10,508 nucleotides of DNA from a bacterium (GTDB taxonomy: Bacteria > Zhuqueibacterota > Zhuqueibacteria > Oceanimicrobiales > Oceanimicrobiaceae): the NCBI GenBank assembly GCA_037446635.1, contig JBBIIG010000095.1, positions 1 to 10,508 of the forward strand, written 5' to 3'. Every line of letters begins with the position of its first letter. Positions within the stretch are counted from its first letter, which is position 1. The notes beneath the pieces are model-generated. The model was not told where the DNA came from, made no database searches, and saw nothing but the letters and a program-made list of their open reading frames with translations. Both the position numbers and the translations under genes were made by a program. Positions 8,017-10,508 of the stretch are shown here, in pieces.

Positions 8017-8269
8017 CCTGAATAAGACACAAATCTTGAAGTCCAACAAATTTGTATGAAAATGAAATCAAAGTTGTTACAATGGGGAGTAATGGAGCGT
8101 TGGATTAATGGATCAATAAAAGATCAACAACATTAATCCAGTAATCCTTTGTGCGAAAGCGGATCGGCTTTGCCGACAATCCATACTTGAGCTAAGGAAA
8201 GCCTGTCGAGATATAGCAGTTTAGGAATAGATCAGGCTAAAAATTGGGTGTGAGAAAAAGGTTGTTTTT

Positions 8270-9019
8270 ATGAAGTGGCGTTGGATTCTTTTAATTCTAT
8301 TTTCGTTTTTTGGTCGAGATGTTTTTGCGCAGGGACTCAGCGGCGACGAGTTCACTTTTGTGCGGGTGAAATATACCTCCGGCGGCAACAACTACCGCTA
8401 CCGCAACCCCTTCGGCACCAACTGGCCAAGCTGGACCGTGGACTACCCCAGCGCCGAGCAAAATTTTATGGAAGGGCTGCGCAAATGGACGGGGATGAAT
8501 GTCACCGAGCCGGTGGCGCTCTCCGTGTTGGATGAAGAAATTTACCGCTATCCCTTTGCGTATGCCGTTGAAGTTGGATTCATGACGTTGACCCCTGAGG
8601 AGGCCAAAAACCTCGCCGAGTGGCTGCTGCGCGGCGGCTTTTTGATGGTGGACGATTTCCACGGCCCGTTTGAGTGGCAGCATTTTGTGGAACAGATGCG
8701 GATGGTTTTTCCCGACCGTCCCATCGTCGATATCCCCATCGAGCACCCGCTGTTTCACTGTTTCTATGATTTTGATGAATTGGTTCAGATTCCGGGACTC
8801 GGCACCATTCTGAACGGCATGACCTACGAAAAAGGCGGCGTGGAGCAGCACTGCCGCGGCATCTTCGACGACGAGGGCCGACTGATGGTGCTCATCATCC
8901 ACAACATGGATATGGGCGACGCCTTCGAGCACGCCAAAGATCCACGCTACCCCCCGGTTTATTCCGCGGAGGCGTTTAAGTTGGGGATTAATTTTGTGAT
9001 TTATGCGCTCACGCATTGA
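8270..9019 (+). CDS. DUF4159 domain protein with signal peptide (paralogue 2), 249 aa
   Basis: Sec-type signal (MKWR-hydrophobic-VFA|Q). Motifs FTFVRVKY, WTVDYPSAEQN, YPFAY, LLRGGFLMVDDF, HPLFHCFY, NMDMGDAFE and KLGINFVIYALTH; colinear with 7306..8016. Confidence 0.82.
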   Translation: MKWRWILLILFSFFGRDVFAQGLSGDEFTFVRVKYTSGGNNYRYRNPFGTNWPSWTVDYPSAEQNFMEGLRKWTGMNVTEPVALSVLDEEIYRYPFAYAVEVGFMTLTPEEAKNLAEWLLRGGFLMVDDFHGPFEWQHFVEQMRMVFPDRPIVDIPIEHPLFHCFYDFDELVQIPGLGTILNGMTYEKGGVEQHCRGIFDDEGRLMVLIIHNMDMGDAFEHAKDPRYPPVYSAEAFKLGINFVIYALTH

Positions 9020-9059
9020 CGTGAGACGGCAGACGGCAAAGGGCAGATGTGAAAAGTGA
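9018..9059. repeat. Degenerate period-7 tandem repeat
   Basis: gacgtga gacggca gacggca aagggca gatgtga aaagtga, beginning within the TGA stop of the second DUF4159 gene. Confidence 0.6.
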
Positions 9060-9069
9060 ATAAAGACAG

Positions 9070-9258
9070 GACTATTGTAAAAATCTCTTAGAGAAGATGG
9101 CTTCTGTCAATGAGAGCAGACCGCTTGGAAATGAATTTCCAAGCTGATAGCTTAAGCTTAATAAATTAAGCTGCTGCTGTTTAGAGTCGATTTCAATCGA
9201 CTTCAGCAATTAGCCTGATGATTCATCATCAGGCGATCTGAAGATTTTTACAATAGTC
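9070..9258. mobile_element. MITE-like non-autonomous element, 189 bp, with perfect 17-bp terminal inverted repeats
   Basis: gactattgtaaaaatct (9070-9086) is the exact reverse complement of agatttttacaatagtc (9242-9258). The interior is non-coding and AT-richer than the genes, with four hairpins. No exact target-site duplication (flanks CAG / TAG). Confidence 0.7.
9122..9235. repeat. Two inverted 51-nt double-hairpin units (REPIN-like)
   Basis: Unit A 9122-9172 aligns without gaps to the reverse complement of unit B 9185-9235 (31/51 identical). Each unit has a 10-bp and an 8-bp palindromic stem. Confidence 0.8.
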
Positions 9259-9303
9259 TAGTAAAGAGTCCGTTTTTAGCTGCCTGTCCGCAGCAGGCGG
9301 AAA

Positions 9304-9328
9304 AGCTGACCGCTGATAGCTGACAGCT
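9304..9328. repeat. Period-7 GCTGA tandem repeat
   Basis: agctgac cgctgat agctgac agct. Confidence 0.65.
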
Positions 9329-9359
9329 TTGTTTCTCAATTAAAACCAATGGAGTTTAC

Positions 9360-10386
<1,027 letters not shown>

Positions 10387-10391
<5 letters not shown>

Positions 10392-10416
10392 GGGCGTATG
10401 GCCATACGCCCCTACG
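10387..10416. repeat. GTAG-type REP palindrome overlapping the moxR stop codon
   Basis: cgtaggggcgtatgg|ccatacgcccctacg is a perfect 30-bp palindrome. The TAG stop at 10389-10391 lies in its GTAG end. Confidence 0.85.
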
Positions 10417-10430
10417 CAATACGAGTTGCT

Positions 10431-10508
10431 CTCGCTCCCACGCTCAGCGTGGGAGCGCACGGTGGAGACGCTCGGCGTCGAGTAAATGGCCACAGTTGTT
10501 CCCACGCA
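10431..10508. repeat. Second REP-like family (CCCACGCT..AGCGTGGG hairpin plus a small GACGC hairpin), with a further truncated copy at the window end
   Basis: cgctcccacgct-c-agcgtgggagcg (10433-10457, 12-bp arms), gacgc-tcg-gcgtc (10467-10479), and ttcccacgca at the 3' edge. Confidence 0.7.

Noticed and set aside
8297..9016. 239-aa antisense ORF
   Set aside because: Mirror frame of the second DUF4159 gene, with no independent evidence of coding.
9070..9330. Possible CRISPR array or tRNA in the hairpin-rich intergenic region
   Set aside because: No identical direct repeats with regular unique spacers, no cas genes, and no cloverleaf or T-loop consensus.

Overview
Bacterial window with three coding blocks. 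(1) The 3' end of a cell-surface polysaccharide cluster on +: two GT4 glycosyltransferases (the first cut by the window edge) and a WecA/TagO-type undecaprenyl-phosphate GlcNAc-1-P transferase. (2) A convergent minus-strand predicted lipoprotein with two PDZ domains, a C-terminal coiled coil and no protease domain. (3) A divergent + strand cluster: an 872-aa exported TPR protein with an embedded HExxH..E zinc-metallopeptidase-like domain, two tandem signal-peptide-bearing DUF4159 paralogues and a MoxR AAA+ ATPase. Block 3 looks like the front half of an uncharacterised MoxR/VWA-type envelope system. Nearly every intergenic gap holds short structured repeats. These include a 189-bp MITE-like element (perfect 17-bp TIRs) carrying two inverted 51-nt double-hairpin units related by 8 compensatory base-pair changes, REP-like palindromes, and period-7 tandem repeats. 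Copies of two tiny palindromic elements also sit in-frame inside coding regions (TPR gene, PDZ gene, wecA tail), and one REP supplies the moxR stop codon. No rRNA, tRNA, CRISPR array or transposase was seen. All family calls are by motif recognition; no database search was run.
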